Source of the DNA: the human T2T-CHM13v2.0 reference genome, Homo sapiens
NCBI RefSeq assembly: GCF_009914755.1
Contig: NC_060945.1
Direction: 5' to 3' (one strand)
DNA: 64,000 nt
Shown here in pieces: positions 46,466-61,635 of the stretch. The translations under genes and the position numbers were made by a program. The notes under the pieces were generated by a model that worked only from the letters and a program-made list of their open reading frames with translations, made no database searches and was not told where the DNA came from. Position 1 is the stretch's first letter. Each line of letters starts with the position of its first letter.

Positions 46466-47506
46466 TATTTTTGTTGTTGAAATTTGATAGGGCTTTGTAC
46501 TTAAACAGTCTTAATGCTCCATGAATGAAGACAGTTTTGTTTTTTCAACTGTATGTCTTTTTTGCTTTTTTAATATCATGAGTGGGTTTTGAATATTGTC
46601 ATGTTTTTTCTGCACGTATAGAGATCATCATATGATTTTTCTCCTGTTTTGTGGTAAAATGCATTAATTTTTTGAATGTTAAGCCCCACCCTGTGATAAC
46701 CTACACTTGGCCTTGATATACTATTCCCTTATATATATTGCTCAGTTCAATTTGCTAATCTCTTGGTAAGGAATTTTGTTTCTATGTCATTAATGGATAT
46801 TTGCATAACATTTTATTAATAAAACCATCATTGGGGTTTGATTTTAGGATTGTGCTGGACTTGTGAAACTATTAGGAAATATTTTTTCTTGATTTTCTGA
46901 AAAAATTTGTATATGATTGGTTGGCATTATTTCTTTTGTGATGTTTAGTAGAGGTCATTGATGAAACCTTCAGAACCTGCGACATTTTTTGTTAGAAGGT
47001 TATTTAATTATAATTTATGTTTTTTGATGAAAATATGGTTATCCAAATTTTTTTTAAGTTAGTTTTGGTAAGTTGTATCTTTCAAGAAACTTTTCTTTCT
47101 CATCTAAATTGTTGAATTTGTTGGCGTAAACTTATCAATAATATTTTACTATAATTTTTTTTTAATATCTAGAGAATCTGTAGTGATAGTCTCTCTTTTA
47201 TTCCTGATATTGGCCATTTGTACTTTCTGTTTTTTCCGCAAGTAGTCTTGCCTCAGGGTTGATCAAGTTTATTAATCTTTGCAGACAACCAGCTTTTGAC
47301 TTTGTTGATTTCTTTTTTTTTTCTTTTCTTTTTCTATTCTTGATCTAGTTTCTATTCTGTTTTTTGCTCTTCATTATGTCCATTTACTTGGGTTGAATTT
47401 ACTCCTTTTCCAGCTTCTTAAAGGTGGAAACTAGATCATTAATTTTTAAGCCTCTTTGCTACTATAGAATTTAATGGTATAAATTTCCCTCCAAGCACTG
47501 CTTTAG

Positions 47507-47850
<344 letters not shown>

Positions 47851-49814
47851 ACTTTTTATATGTTTTAACAGTCATTCTGAAATGTTTCTAACTTGTGATT
47901 TCTTCTTTAACCTGTCATTAGAATTTTGTTACATAATTTCAAAATATTTGAGGATTTTCTAGATGTCTTATTGAGTTCTAGTTTAGTAGCAGTTTGGTCA
48001 CAGAACGTGATTTTAGTCCTTTAAAATCGAGACTTGTTTTATGGCCTAGCATCTAATGTGTCTTTGTGAATGTTTTATGTGTGCTTGATAAGAATTGTAT
48101 TTTGTGTTTGTTTGGCGTAGTGGTCTCCAGCTATCAATGTAGATCAAATTGTTTGATATTTTTCTTCATATCTTTTATATCTTTGTGTGTATTTGTGTAT
48201 ATTCTGTCAGTAATTGAGAGAAGAGTCTTCATTGATAAGTTTGGATTTGTCTTAGACTCCCTTTGTAACATTGCTTTATGGTTTTTGAAGCTTTGTTAAT
48301 AGGTATATGCATGTTTGATATTGTTACGACTTATTGATAAATTGACCCTTTTATCATCCTGAAATGTCCCTCTTTGTCTCTAGTCATGTTTGTCTTTAAG
48401 TCTGCTTTGTCCGATATCACTATAGTCTTACCAGTGTTCTTATTCTTGATATTTTCATGGTGTGTGTGTGTAGATATGAAAGATATGAAGAAAAATATGC
48501 AACATGTGTAGACACACACACACACACTTTTACCCTTTTACTGTAAACCTGTGCCTACCTTTATATTTAAAGAATTATTTTTGTGTTGTGTGCAACATAT
48601 GATCAAGTCGTTTTTTTAATCTAGTCTGTTAGTGGTTAACCCATTATTCAGAGTTTTGGGTTTAAGACTTGTCTTATTTGTGTTCTGTTTGTCTTTCCTG
48701 TTCTTTGTTTCCTATTCCTTCTTTCCTGCCTTTTGCGGGGAGGTTTGTTGAATACTTTTTGGCATTTTATTTTATCTCTTGTACTGATTTTTTTACTTAT
48801 TCCTCTATGTGTCATGTTTAGTGTTCCTTTTATAATATGCACGTTTAACATTAGTTTACCTTCAAATAATAATATATTGCTTGTTAAACAGTGTGATAAC
48901 CATGTGATTCTATCTACCTCTTGTGCACTTGTTGTATTACTTTTGCATGTTATAAACCTCACAACACATTGTTGGCTGTTTAAATAAAAAATAGATTTAA
49001 CACAAAAAAGAAATTTAAAAAGACATAAAATAAGGATAATAGATCTTTTATATTTATCCTTATATTTGCTCTTTTCTGGTGTTATTCATTCCTTTTTGCA
49101 ATTCCTAGCTTCCATCTGGTATTATTTCTTCAGCCTCAAGACCTTCCTTTAACTTTTATTTTGTAATGAATAAGCTATCCCGATAAATTCTCTCAGCAGG
49201 TGTTGATCTGAAAATACTTGTTTACCTTTATTTTTTGGAAGATATTTTCAGTGAATATAGAATTATAGATTAACTTCTTTCTTTCAGTGAAAGAAAAAGA
49301 TGTTACGATATAGCTTAAAGATGTATTGACTTTTTTTCTGGATTACACTGTTTCGGTAGAGAAGTCAGTGGTTATTCTTAGCATTGTTCCCCTGCATATA
49401 ATATTTTCCCCCTCTTCCCTCTGGCTGATTTTAATATTTTCTCTTTGTTTGATTTCCGCAGTTTGACTATTTACCTAGGTATGATTTTCTTTGTATTTTT
49501 TCTCCTGGGAGTTCACTGAGTTTCTTGGATCTGTGGGTTGATCTCTATCATCAGTTTTTGAAAATCCTCAGATACAGTCTTGCCAAATATTTGTTCTGCT
49601 TTCGTCTTTCTTCTAGTTCTCCAGTGATGTGTATGTTACAGTGCTGAATATTATCCCAGAGGTCTCTGTCTGGTTTATTCATTCTGTTTTCTGTTTGTGT
49701 TTTTAATTTGGATAATTTCTTTTTCTGTCTTCTTGTTCACTGATTTCTTTTTTTTCCTTGTGCTGAGTCCAGTCTGTTGTTGAATCCATTAAATGGATTC
49801 ATGTGATGTTATTG

Positions 49815-50086
49815 TTATTTTTGAGACAGGTTCTCACTCTGTCACCCAGGCTAGAGTGCAATGGTGTGATCATGGCTGATTACAGCCTTGACTTCCTTGG
49901 CTCAAGCAGTTCTTCTACCTCAGCCTCCCAAGAAGCTCGGACTACAGGAGTGGTGCAACCACCATACCCAGCTATTAAAATTTTTTGTAGGAACGGGGTC
50001 TGGCTATGTTGCCTTGGCTGGTCTTGAACTCCTGGACTCAAGCAGTCTTCCCACCTCAACCTGGGTGTAGAGACATGAGCCCAGCC
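49815..50086 (-). mobile_element. AluJ-like
   Basis: Diverged antisense Alu. Confidence 0.85.
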
Positions 50087-51115
50087 TATATTTTTTAGTT
50101 CTAGCATTTCTATTTTGTTTTAAATATAGTTTTTCTCTTCTGAAATTCTACATCTATTCATATGTTGTCCACTTTTGAACTAAATTGTTTATCATAATTT
50201 ATCAGAAGTAATTTATCATAATTATTTTAAAGTTCCAGTCTGCTATTTTCAACATCTGCACCATTTATTTATGTGTATCTTCTATTGGGTTTTTTTCTTT
50301 CATGTGATTGTGGACGTCATTTTTAAAAAATGTTTGTAATTTTTAAATGTGTGACAAATTTTCTTTGCTTAAGAACAGTTAAAGATGGAAGTGAGTCATA
50401 TTTTCCCTCAGAAAGAGGCCTCTCAACTCTGTCAGGCCCCTCATGTGGGGCTGAGTTGATCTCTTTTGTAGCTTAGCTGACTCTGGGCTTTGCTTGTTTG
50501 ACTTAGATTCTACTCCCCACTGTTTTCATATGTTTTGAGCTGGGATCAGGACATTCCCTTCAGCAGTGTTTGTGTCTTTAGAATCAGGGAAAATCTAGTG
50601 GTCTCTATACATTACTGCCCAGTCAGCAGCCCCACTCCTAACTCTCTGTGCCTGGGAGATCGCCTTCCTCCTGCTGTACTGCCCCATCCTTCTGTCTGTC
50701 CACTCCTGGCCGTCAGAAGTTGGTTCAGACTTGGGCTGGAGTCTTCTCGCTCATCTGTGGCTTACTTGCGCCTTCTCCCACTGCAGGTCTCTTCCAGGAG
50801 AGGCTTTTCATTTTGTAGAATTCAGGAGATTTTTGTTCCAACTTTGGATCCTCATACAGCTCTCTGATGGGTCTTTAAAAGGCAGTGATTTTATGACTTA
50901 TTAGAGGAGGAACAATCATCTCACACATTTCTGCATTGTAACAGAAGTCAAAGTCTGGTGATGCTATTCTTAAATTCAATATTTATAGAGATCTTGAGGG
51001 TTATAGTATTATCTGTCAAAAATGAGTTTTCAGGAAATCTCAACACACGTTAGTTTATTATTACATAGATTTTCTAAAGGGAAGCATACATAATTTTCTC
51101 TTTTTCTACCATGAG

Positions 51116-51441
51116 CAGGTAGGGTTAGGCCAGTGCCTTTTTATGTAGAACATCCTTGGTGTCATTGCCATAGCTTTCTTGGGCTGCTGTTGCTGAAGGA
51201 AGTGTAACAGGTGCTGCGGGTGCACAGTTAGGTAGGAAAGAGGCTCCCAGCCAGGGTGAGCAGGGGCATGCATGTTCTCTGTAAAAGATGAGAGAAAATG
51301 CTTTTAGCCTTGTGGACCTCTGTTGCATATTTTTTGTTTTTGGTTGCTTGTTTTTACAACCTTTGAAAACAGAAAAACCATTTGTAGCTGGAGCTGTAGA
51401 AAACCAGGCTCTGGATCAGGCCATAGTTTACTGACCCCTGG
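51116..51441. mobile_element. MER58-like hAT element
   Basis: Ends ggccatagtttactgacccctg. Confidence 0.6.
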
Positions 51442-51611
51442 GCTAAATGATCTTTATAGCCATTTTTGGTCTCAGAATTAATGTTGAACTGTAACTACCA
51501 TGCATTTGGGATAGTAATGTGTGAAAAGGCAGAGGATTTAACTATGAAGTGTCCTTTTTAATAAAGGCCTCAACATATATATTTAAACATATTTGAAATT
51601 CAATTATGTGA

Positions 51612-51989
<378 letters not shown>

Positions 51990-52444
51990 TAGATTAGGCT
52001 TGGGAATGTTTTGTGTTTTCTTTATGAAGTGGGATTATTTTAAAGTGTTGATTAAATTTGTTAATAGAGTGGGGAGCAGTTACTTTACTTAAATCTGTTC
52101 TTTGTAGTTAGTAGTAAATTCATCTCCCCCAAAGCTCCAATATTTAGTTACGCATGTAATAAAATCTGCTTGGCAGTTGGAAATCTGTTTACTAACCAGC
52201 ATTTTAAATTACTTCTTAAATGGAATTTTTGTCCACATTGCTTGAGTTTTCCCCTACCTTAACCAGACTTCATTGTATTTTAGTTAAGTGGTGGACGAGA
52301 GAGAACCTGGTTTTAGTCAGAGAATATGAAGACTTTGTGATATACTTTCAAGTTAATATTAGAGATTTTGTATGTGTGTGTGTGAGTACTTTCAGTTTTA
52401 ATGGTATAGCTTCAGAGTATAAATTTGAACAAAATGAATTTTAA

Positions 52445-52690
<246 letters not shown>

Positions 52691-52849
52691 CCGTATCATT
52701 TACCCTAGAGGTTCATGACGTTCCTGTCTAAGGAAATGTAAGTATTTATCATAGAGAAGCACATTCTTGCAGTTTTCCTCCTCCTTGTCTAGAAGTGGCT
52801 AACACTTATTGGGGGCATAACAGTTGTTGTTTTGAACAGTTTTTTTCCT

Positions 52850-53010
52850 GTGTTTATCTCATTTACCAAAGCAGCGTTTTGAGCCTCATGCTTTTTTGAT
52901 TCCCATTTTACAGTGGAAACTGAGACTTCATGGGCTAAGTAAATTTCCCTGGGTCATGATCTGAATGACTCGACTCTGCTTCCTCCCATGATTTTTTAGC
53001 ATTTATAGTC
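52850..53010 (-). mobile_element. MIR
   Basis: cccattttacagtggaaactgagac. Confidence 0.7.
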
Positions 53011-53559
53011 CTGGATTCTGAATCAATTTCTGATTTGATTTTAGCCTTTTTGTTGTTGTTTTGTTTGTTTTCTGTTTTTAAACCTGTTGAAGAGGATCTA
53101 ATTAAGTACTTTTTCAAAATTGGAGTGAAGCAGATGGTGATGGTAAAAATATTTAAATAATCTAATAAAGTTGTAAGTTGGTTCATACCGAGTTTTGCGT
53201 GATGGTGTTTGAAGGTGAGAGGCCAGTGTAGTATTTGATGGATGAGTAAACTGCTGTTGATTAAGAGTGCTCTCCATTCTTGTGACTAGGGCAGCTGAAT
53301 GGTGCTGGAGAAAATCCCACATGCAGCTGTTTGTCAGCACTGTTAATACTCACCAACCTCTGCTGGGCAGTCTTACATGTTTTCCAAGTTGTCCCATCCT
53401 CTCCTATTCTCTTTAATAATAGTTTCAAACTTTTCTACTCTTAGAAACCTTTGCCCTCCCCTTCTCTGTTCTTACCCACTCTTTGCTTTGTAAGGAAAAG
53501 AGTCTTCAGACAGGAACTCTCTCCACTTTGTAACATTGAATACATGATCCTGCCTATGT

Positions 53560-55280
53560 GTGCACTGTCCACTTCTCCTCTACCCCTTTTTTGTTAGAAG
53601 CAGTGTGTTTCTTTCTGCCTAAGGCCAAGCCCACTCATTGCCCTGATCCCCTCTCTCCTGCCATCATGGGGGCTTTGCCCTTTGGTCTCCCTCAGCTCCG
53701 GTGTCTTCACTCTCTCCTCTTTTGGCTTTTTCTGTTGATCAGCATTTCCTCATCCTCAGGCCTCTCCCATCTTAAGCAGCACCTTTGCGTGTCCCCCTTT
53801 CTTTCCCTATACTTCTGCTACCTGTGGTCTTTGTCTCTTTACCCTGAAGACCTCTTTGCTTGTTCCACTTAGGTCCTGCCCTCCAACTCTCCTGCCGGTG
53901 TCAGCGGTGACCTTTATTCATGGGTCCAGTGGACACCCTAATGCTGTCTTTCTGCATTCTACAACTTCATTTGGCAGTGTTGACTTTTCCCCACTCTTTG
54001 AAACACTCACTGCTGGTTTCCTTGGCAGGATGTTCTTCTTTCCCTCCCCCCACCCCTTTTCTTTGCCCTTTCCTTCACTGTCTGTTTCGTTTTTTTTCTT
54101 CTACCCAGCACTGAAACCTGGGTGTTCCTCGAGGCATGACCTGTGTCCCTTCCCTACTCCGCTTAATGTTTCCTGGATGATTTCAGCCACACCTGCCAGG
54201 GCCTGCAGTCACCATCCTCATGCTAGTTGCTCCTAAGTCTTGACTTCTGACTTAGACTTCACTTCTGAACCCCTGGGGCCTTTCTAATTGTTTACTATAA
54301 ATGTCACCTTGAAAGTCTCAACAATATGTGCACACACAGCACATAAACTGAAGTCATCATTTTCACTTCCTTCCCAACGCTTCTACTTTTGCCATTCTTT
54401 GTAAAAATGGCCCTAAATTTACCCATTTGCTCAAGTTGTAAATTTGGGGGCACTCCTCTCTCCCTCTTTCCCCACACTGAATCAGACAGTAAATTATCTG
54501 GATTCACCACATCTTAATACGTTTTTATTCTCCACCTTTCACTTTACCTCATTGTTATGACTTGTCTTATTAGAATGGAGTGTCTCATTCCATTCACCTG
54601 TCAGCACCATTCTCTTCCCTGCAGCCAAGTGAGCTTTCACTAAAGTGGTCTGTTCTTGCTATTTTCCCTACTTTTTTTCTCCCCTGCTGAGACGGAGTCT
54701 TGCTCTGTCGCCCAGGCTGGGGTGGAATGGAACAATCTCTGCTCATTGCAACTTCCGCCTCCCTGGTTCAAGCGAGTCTCCTGCCTCAGCCTCCTGAGTA
54801 GCTGGGATTACAGACGCACATCACCATGCTGGCTAATTTTTGTATTTGTAGTAGAGACGGGGTTTTGCCACGTTGGCCAGGCTGGTCATGAACTCCCGAC
54901 CTCAGGTTATCTGGCCATCTCGGCCTCCCAAAGTGTGGGGATTACAGGCATGAGCCACTGCACCTGGCCTGTTTTCCTTACTTTAAACCAGTTTTGACTT
55001 GCCCTTCTACCTGAAGTGAAATGTAGACTTATTATCAAGGCGTCGGTGCTTTCCAGGATCTGGTCCCCACCGAGGCCATTCTTTCTCCTCTTCACTCACC
55101 CTAGTCACACTAATTCATTTTTCACTTTGTGTAATATGCCACATTCTCTCTTACTTTTCTTACATTTCCTGTGCTCTCAGCCTGGAACACTCTTTTCCTC
55201 CTCCTTTTGTTTTGGTAACTACTATTTATGCTTCAGGTCTTAAGTATCACTACTCCCAGGGGCTCTCTCTAAATCTTTAG
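53560..55280 (+). mobile_element. L2 remnant (pyrimidine-rich), interrupted by an Alu
   Basis: CT-rich sequence with L2-like motifs. Confidence 0.6.
54675..54969 (-). mobile_element. AluS
   Basis: Antisense dimer; TSD tttcc(c/t)tacttt. Confidence 0.9.
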
Positions 55281-55834
55281 ACCATCCGCCTGTCTTGTCT
55301 TCTTCCCTTTCTTTCTTCCAGATCTATTCCATACCGCAAACACATACAAGAGTAGCATAAGACACCGCGTTCTTCCCACCTGGATTTCACAGAGGTCAAG
55401 ATTTTGCTTCAAATCCTTTTTTGTTACTTAATTTTTGAGTGGTTGATATAGTCACATGGTTTTAAAAATAAGTAAATATAAAAGGGAATTCAGCGAAAGG
55501 TTTTCCTTCCTTCCATGCCTTCTAGCCCCTCAATTTCTAAACCAGTGTTATTAGTTTATTAGTTTTTTGTATACTTTTTGAGATATTTTATACATATTCA
55601 AGCAAATACAAATACATATTCTTCATCCACCCTTTGTACACAAATAGTACCATACCAGGCAAACGCTTTCAGAACATCTTGGTTTTTCTAGTCTTGACAT
55701 ATATTTTGGAGCACTTTCTGTATATCAGTAAATAGAGAGCTTTTTCATTCTTTTATTTATTTGCACAGTATCCCGTTGTTTAGATATTCCATAAGTCTTT
55801 TCACCATTCCCCTATTGTTTGTTTATTCATTTTT

Positions 55835-56108
55835 AAATTTATTTTTAGAGCTAGGGTCTTGCTCTTTAGCCCAGGCTGGAGTGCACTCGTGTCATCACAG
55901 CTCACTGCAGCCTTGAGCACCTGGGCTCAAGTGATCCTCCCACCCCAGCCTCCTGAGTAACTAGGCCTATGATTGTGTCCCAGCACACCCTGCAGTGAGG
56001 TCTCACTATGTTTCTCAGGCTGGTCTTGAACTCCTGGGCTGAAGTGATCCTCCCACCTCAGCCTTCCAAACTGCTGGGATTACCGATGTGAGCCGTCTTG
56101 GCCACCGG
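55835..56108 (-). mobile_element. AluJ-like within an L1 3' fragment (~55420-56630)
   Basis: Antisense Alu; tcccctatt duplicated on the flanks. Confidence 0.85.
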
Positions 56109-56190
56109 TCCCCTATTTATTAATGGACATTTAGTTCATTTCCAACCTTTTTTACTATTTACAAATGGTAGTTTAATAAATAACCCTGTA

Positions 56191-56509
56191 CGGTAGTGTC
56201 CCTTCTTATCCACAGTTCCAGTTATTCAGTCAGTCACGGTCCAAAAATATAAAGTGGAAAATTTCAGAAGCAATTCGTAAGTTTTAAATTCTGTTATGAG
56301 TAGCACGATGAAATCTCATGCTGTCCCACCCTGGGCATGACTCATCCCTTCGTCTAGCATGTCCACACAGTAGATAAGTTACTTTGCTTTGTAGCCATCT
56401 AGATTATCAGATCAAAAAACATAGTATATAGAGGGTTTAGTCCTCTGCAGTTTCAGGCATCCAGTGGGGATCTTGGACTGTATCTCTTGTGGATAAGGAG
56501 GCACCACTG
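56191..56509. mobile_element. MER44-like Tigger element
   Basis: TA|cggtagtgtcccttcttatccac ... gtggataaggaggcaccactg|TA. Confidence 0.82.
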
Positions 56510-56943
56510 TACATGTCTCATTCACACATAGACATTTTATCTGTGATATAAATTCCTGAAAGCAGAATGACTGTTTCAAAGGGTAATGTGATTTATAATT
56601 TTGATAACTATTGCCAGATTGCCCCCCATGTGATTTTCTAATCCAGTAACTTGATTAACTTCATATAAAAACCATATAGTATTTTCTGAGAACTCACTGC
56701 CAGCTTTTCTACTGATTGTTTTCAGTAGTATCTCTTAAAAGTTTGGTTCTCAGACCACCTTTGTTGAATAAACCCTTAACAATTTGTGCCAGCCACTGGA
56801 TAGAGACTGAGCCTTTTGCCTTCCTAGAGCTTACAGTGACACAAGTAAATAAAATGAACATGAAGAAAAATGGCAAGTAGCATTAGCTGTTAAAAAGAAA
56901 ATAAGGATAATTTGGTAGAGAAAGACTGTTTGTTGGATAGGAT

Positions 56944-57330
56944 GTATTAATTAGAATAGGCCAAACTCTGATATAACAGACCCCCAAAATATGGTAGCTT
57001 AAAGAGTACCAAGTTTCCTTCATTTTTGTGCAACAGTCCAGAATAGGTGTTCAGGTTAGTGGCTAGGCCGTCTTCCAGGTCCTGATCTCCTACCATCTTG
57101 TGGTTCCACCTTGCCCTAGGGCCTACTTGTCTACTGTGTCCAGCAGGCAGAAGGACTTGGGAGGTATTATCTTGTGTGCCAGGCTAGCAGTGACACAAGC
57201 TTTCATTCACATTCCATTGACAGCTTAGACATATGGCCATCAGTAAGTACAAGGGAGGCTGGGAAGTGTTGTGTAGCCATGTGCTCAGGAACGAGAAGAA
57301 TATTGTGCACAACCAGTAGCTTCTGCCACA
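56944..57330. mobile_element. MLT1-family LTR
   Basis: tgtatta...ataacagacccccaaaat...gtagcttaaa ... ttctgccaca. Confidence 0.7.
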
Positions 57331-57339
57331 GTTGTTGAG

Positions 57340-57960
57340 GCAGCATCAGCCAGAGTGGTCAGGGAAGGCTCTGGAACTGAAGCGATGAAAAAGAGACATC
57401 CAAGCAATAAGAAAATCCAAGAAATAACATTTCTAGGCAGAAGGGAGCAGCGTGTTACTAGTACACTGAGGCATTTGAGAGATTTTGACCCAGGGGAGGA
57501 ATGGAAGGCAGGTCTTCTTTGTTTGGAACTCAGGTAGCCAGGGATAGGATGGGTGGAGAAAGAGGTTAGAGAAGTGGGCATTGGCCAGATGATGCAGATC
57601 GTTGTATCCATTTGGGTTTATTTTGTTTTTCTAAGTGCAGTGAGAAGTCATTAAAGGATTTTAAATAGGGAAGTGATTGGATTTGTGTTAAGAAAAGATT
57701 GTTCCTGCTACCCTTTGGAGAAGGGCAAGGATGGAAACAAGGAGTTCATTTAAGGGGCTGTTGTGTTAGCGTAGGCAAGAGATGATGGGGATGAAGAGAA
57801 GAGGCCAAATTTGGAATCTGTTTCACAGGTAGACTCATAAGTTCTTGCTCATGGGTTGGACAGAGGCATTGTTGAGCAGCTAGGTAGATAGTAGTCCTTT
57901 ATTGAAAGAAGAAAGATGGAGAGAGGAAGGACATGAGGGAAAAGTAAAGACTTCCTTTTG
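57340..57960 (-). mobile_element. L2 fragment
   Basis: Purine-rich; gtggtcagggaaggc, ggccagatgatgcag, ggattttaaataggg. Confidence 0.65.
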
Positions 57961-58209
57961 GACCTGCCCAGAATACTGTCCAGCCCTTTTCAGGAAATAT
58001 TTGCTGACCCCTGGCATAAACAGGGCTCCCAAGGAAGGACAGTGGCTAGTGAAATAGATGAACCTATTTAAGGATATAACTTCCTAAAAATTGCAGCTTT
58101 CATGATGAAATTTTTTGCCCTTGAATGTATTTGGGATTTTGTGTTATAAAACTGTCTTAACACATTAAAAGTTTCAAAAACCGTTTCCCCCTGATTAATA
58201 TGATGCTAG

Positions 58210-58914
<705 letters not shown>

Positions 58915-60467
58915 CTACATTGAAACTTGAGTTTGTTTCTTGTGTGTTTTTATAGAAGTGGTGTTTTTTTTCCAAAAACAAAGTGCAAAGCTGCTTGAAT
59001 CAGGAGGAGATTAACACACTGAACCGCTACAAGAGGGCAAAGCTGATTTTTTTTTTAACTTGAAAAGATTGCAAAGGGACATTGAAGTGTTTAAAAGAGC
59101 CATGTCCAAACCCATCTTCATGGATAGCTCAGAGGTATCCTCTTTTTGCTCCCCCATTTTAACTTGCCACATCCCAGTCACAGTGGGGTTTTTTTGTCTT
59201 TCTATTCAGCAAAAGTTAATATTCAGATGTTGGTCTTGGTCATTTGCCAACTAATTTTAAAGTAAAAGGCACTGCACATAATTTGCATAAAGGGCCCCAT
59301 GAGGGTGTTTTTTTTTTCTTTTTGTCCCCCCCATCCCCCTTTTTTTTTGTTTTGTTCTGTTTTGTTTTGGGTGGGAGGGTGGGAAATTTGGGTTTTTAAG
59401 TCCTCTAAACACACTTGGGCACGGAAATGCAGTACTGTAAGGAAGAGGGACCTCCAGCTTCCACAAACACCATCTTCAGCTGTATGAAAGGGACGGTTGT
59501 GGTGAAGTTTGTCAGGCACAGTAAGCATGCTGAGTGGCGGGGATCAGAACTCTCCTATCTGAACCTACTGAGGAGCAAAGCAGTAATTACATGGGATCCT
59601 GTGGCTCTCCCGTTGCAGAGGCCACAGGAAGATAGGATGGAACGTGACTGGTCTCCTAACCAAGGTGCACTGAGAAGCAATCAACGGGTCGGTCGTGGCC
59701 AGTCCTGGGGAGGTCTGAGTGGTGGTCTTTGGGATAACCTTTGGCCTTATGGATTTGGACTCGAAATTAGAAGAGCCTACCATTTCAGATGCAATCACTT
59801 TTGGACATGCTTTTGCAGACAGTCCTTAATGCTGAAAACACAGAGAATGGGTAATTCAAGAGGCCTTTCTTTTAAAATAGACTTTTGTGACCCACTAATT
59901 GTAAGGTATTGCAAGGTCACTTTGCGTGTGTCATAAAGTTGACTTCCTTATTGGTTGAAGGTCACAGAAGTAGTGGTTTGCTTTGATGGAAATAGCTACA
60001 GCTGTGTCCCTTCCTGCTTTTTACTTTTTCTTTTGCTTTTTCTCGGCACGTGGTATCTCCACCATTTCTTCTGCACAAAGATGTCTTCTGTTCATCCTGA
60101 ACATTTTTAAAAAATGCAGAATTTTATGTGACTGCTTTTTTGCCTCACAATTATGCTGTGAATTTTACAAAAATTTATTTTCTTTTTTGATAATTTATTG
60201 TACCAAAGCTGTTTTTATAGCACATAGATGTCTGTAACCAATAATGTAGCAGTTCTGCACTTTGACACAAGGTGTAACTAGACCATTTTTAAATGTCAGT
60301 TGAAAATTATGGCTGTACTATTGCTTAAACAAAACTGGAACTGTTGTTGAATCCATAGCCAATACATTTACAGCAATCTGTGTACTGAACATAGTAGATT
60401 GACATCTAATTCAAGATTACAACATCTGTTACATTCTAAGTGTGTTCAGGCTTCTGAAGGTAAAGGG

Positions 60468-60475
60468 ACACTGGA
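60468..60475 (+). promoter_or_regulatory. miR-199-5p 8mer site ACACTGGA
   Basis: Exact seed complement; miR-199b repression of Dyrk1a is reported in the cardiac literature (recalled, not checked). Confidence 0.65.
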
Positions 60476-61119
60476 TCCAGAAGCTATGGAACCAGCAGTT
60501 GATTCTTGTATTCCTGATTAACCTACTTGTAAACTTGAAAGCAAGACCTTGATTGCACCAACAGGTCCAGAGTATGAGTGCAAGCAAAGCAGAACTCTCA
60601 TGCGTGACCTGAGCAGACAGGCTGGTATTTAACAGGTGCCTCGTGTTGAGATTACGCTGCCTTAATGTAACACAGTCTGGCAGTTGCTAAATTTGTGTTC
60701 CCATTTTAAATTGACCAATTTTGGGGTGTGACACTTTTGAGCGGTTGAATTGGGAGAATGAAGATAAGTAATTTACCTGTCCAGGATCAAAAGAAGCCTA
60801 GAAAAGAAGCAGTAATCTACCTCTGCCGATAACCTGTTTAAGATGACTCAGCAGAACACCGCGTTTCATTCTATTGGTCAATTCCATGTGGCTGACTAGG
60901 TCAATTTTTTTTCTGAACAAAAGCAGGTTTTTATATGTAAACAGTGAGAAAAGAAAGGCTAAACACTATGTAAATGTGAATGGAAACTTGGAAATACTCG
61001 TTTTTATAAACTACAAAAACTTTTTGTTGTTTATCAGGAAATCCATATTTATTTTGTAATTAACTGTCAAGCCTGTGGATGATTTTTTTGAACTTGGTAG
61101 TTCATAAAGGTTTACAGTG

Positions 61120-61125
61120 AATAAA
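61120..61125 (+). terminator. Candidate poly(A) signal AATAAA
   Basis: Canonical hexamer within the UTR. Confidence 0.5.
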
Positions 61126-61629
61126 AGGATATCATCTTGAGTATAGCAATATCAAAAGGAATTCAGTAGTTACTGCTGTTTAGGAATATAAGGTTAAGAT
61201 ATCATATGGGTCAGGTCATTTTTTTTTTCTGTGCTGGTTGCCACATCTTAGCAAGCACCAAAAAACTAAAGCAGTTTTTAAACCGATATTTACGTAAAGA
61301 AAATCATAAAATCCAATGCTTCTGCATACTGTGTTATGTTACAGTCCAGTTTTGTGTGCTTTACTACACAGTTTGGTTACAGGACTTCTGTGCATTGTAA
61401 ACATAAACAGCATGGAAAAGGTTAAATACCTGTGTTCAGATTGTAAGATCTAGTCCGGACTTGCTGTGTATATTGTAACGTTAAATGAAAAAAGAACCCC
61501 CCTTTGTATTATAGTCATGCGGTCTTATGTATGATAAACAGTTGAATAATTTGTCCTCAGACTCTTTACTATGCTTTTTTAAAAATTAATTTAAGAAAAA
61601 TGTAAACATAGTAAAAATCTTCCTATGCA

Positions 61630-61635
61630 ATTAAA
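61630..61635 (+). terminator. Candidate poly(A) signal ATTAAA
   Basis: Variant hexamer with upstream UGUA motifs (e.g. 61601) and GT-rich sequence downstream. Confidence 0.6.

Noticed and set aside
59415-59936. 173-aa ORF in the 3' UTR
   Set aside because: TTG start, no recognisable domain, no splice link; plausible by chance in a GC-richer patch
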